64,000 nucleotides of DNA, taken from NCBI GenBank assembly GCA_905178155.1, contig CAJINV010000007.1:4428258-4492257 (forward strand), in the 5' to 3' direction. The notes under the pieces were generated by a model that ran no database searches, was not told where the DNA came from, and saw only the letters and a program-made list of their open reading frames with translations. Positions within the stretch are counted from its first letter, which is position 1, and each line of letters begins with the position of its first letter. This stretch comes from Amoebophrya sp. A120. Its lineage: Eukaryota > Protista > Dinoflagellata. Positions 63,853 through 64,000 of the stretch are shown piece after piece. A program made the translations under genes and the position numbers.

Positions 63853-64000
63853 TTTTTACCCTGTTCCTTCTGTGACTGTGGCATCAAATTTCTGCTCATC
63901 TAAAAGTAAAATAACGTGGCTATATGTTGACGAAGATCATTATGCAGCTGCCTGCGCAGCCAAATGCTCAAGAATCTCACCGACCTAAATCGATCCCAAC

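Noticed and set aside
1-64000. CRISPR arrays, rRNA, tRNA or prokaryotic operon features
   Set aside because: None seen. The sequence is eukaryotic with spliced genes.

Overview
Eukaryotic, intron-containing DNA. Every supportable gene (about 10) lies on the minus strand. This co-orientation, the long low-complexity protein insertions and the many non-canonical introns suggest an Amoebophrya-like syndinian dinoflagellate (inference). Genes: two tandem MFS sugar transporters, a low-complexity protein, an ALIX/Bro1 protein, a CDK, a Fyv7/CCDC59-like protein, a ~4,540-aa membrane protein, an 8-exon M28 aminopeptidase, a ~2,480-aa protein with two tandem peptidase S51 (PepE-like) domains, and a single-pass membrane protein. 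The main signal is 12 insertion elements from several sequence families that share one layout: 5-bp target-site duplication (TSD), TAT...terminal inverted repeats...ATA, TSD. Eleven interrupt coding sequence. Removing the element plus one TSD restores the reading frame, and often a conserved motif, usually without GT-AG ends. They look like transposon-derived introns (introners) at different stages of decay, and one has become a canonical GT-AG intron. Splice junctions are inferred from reading frame and protein motifs only; no transcript data were available.
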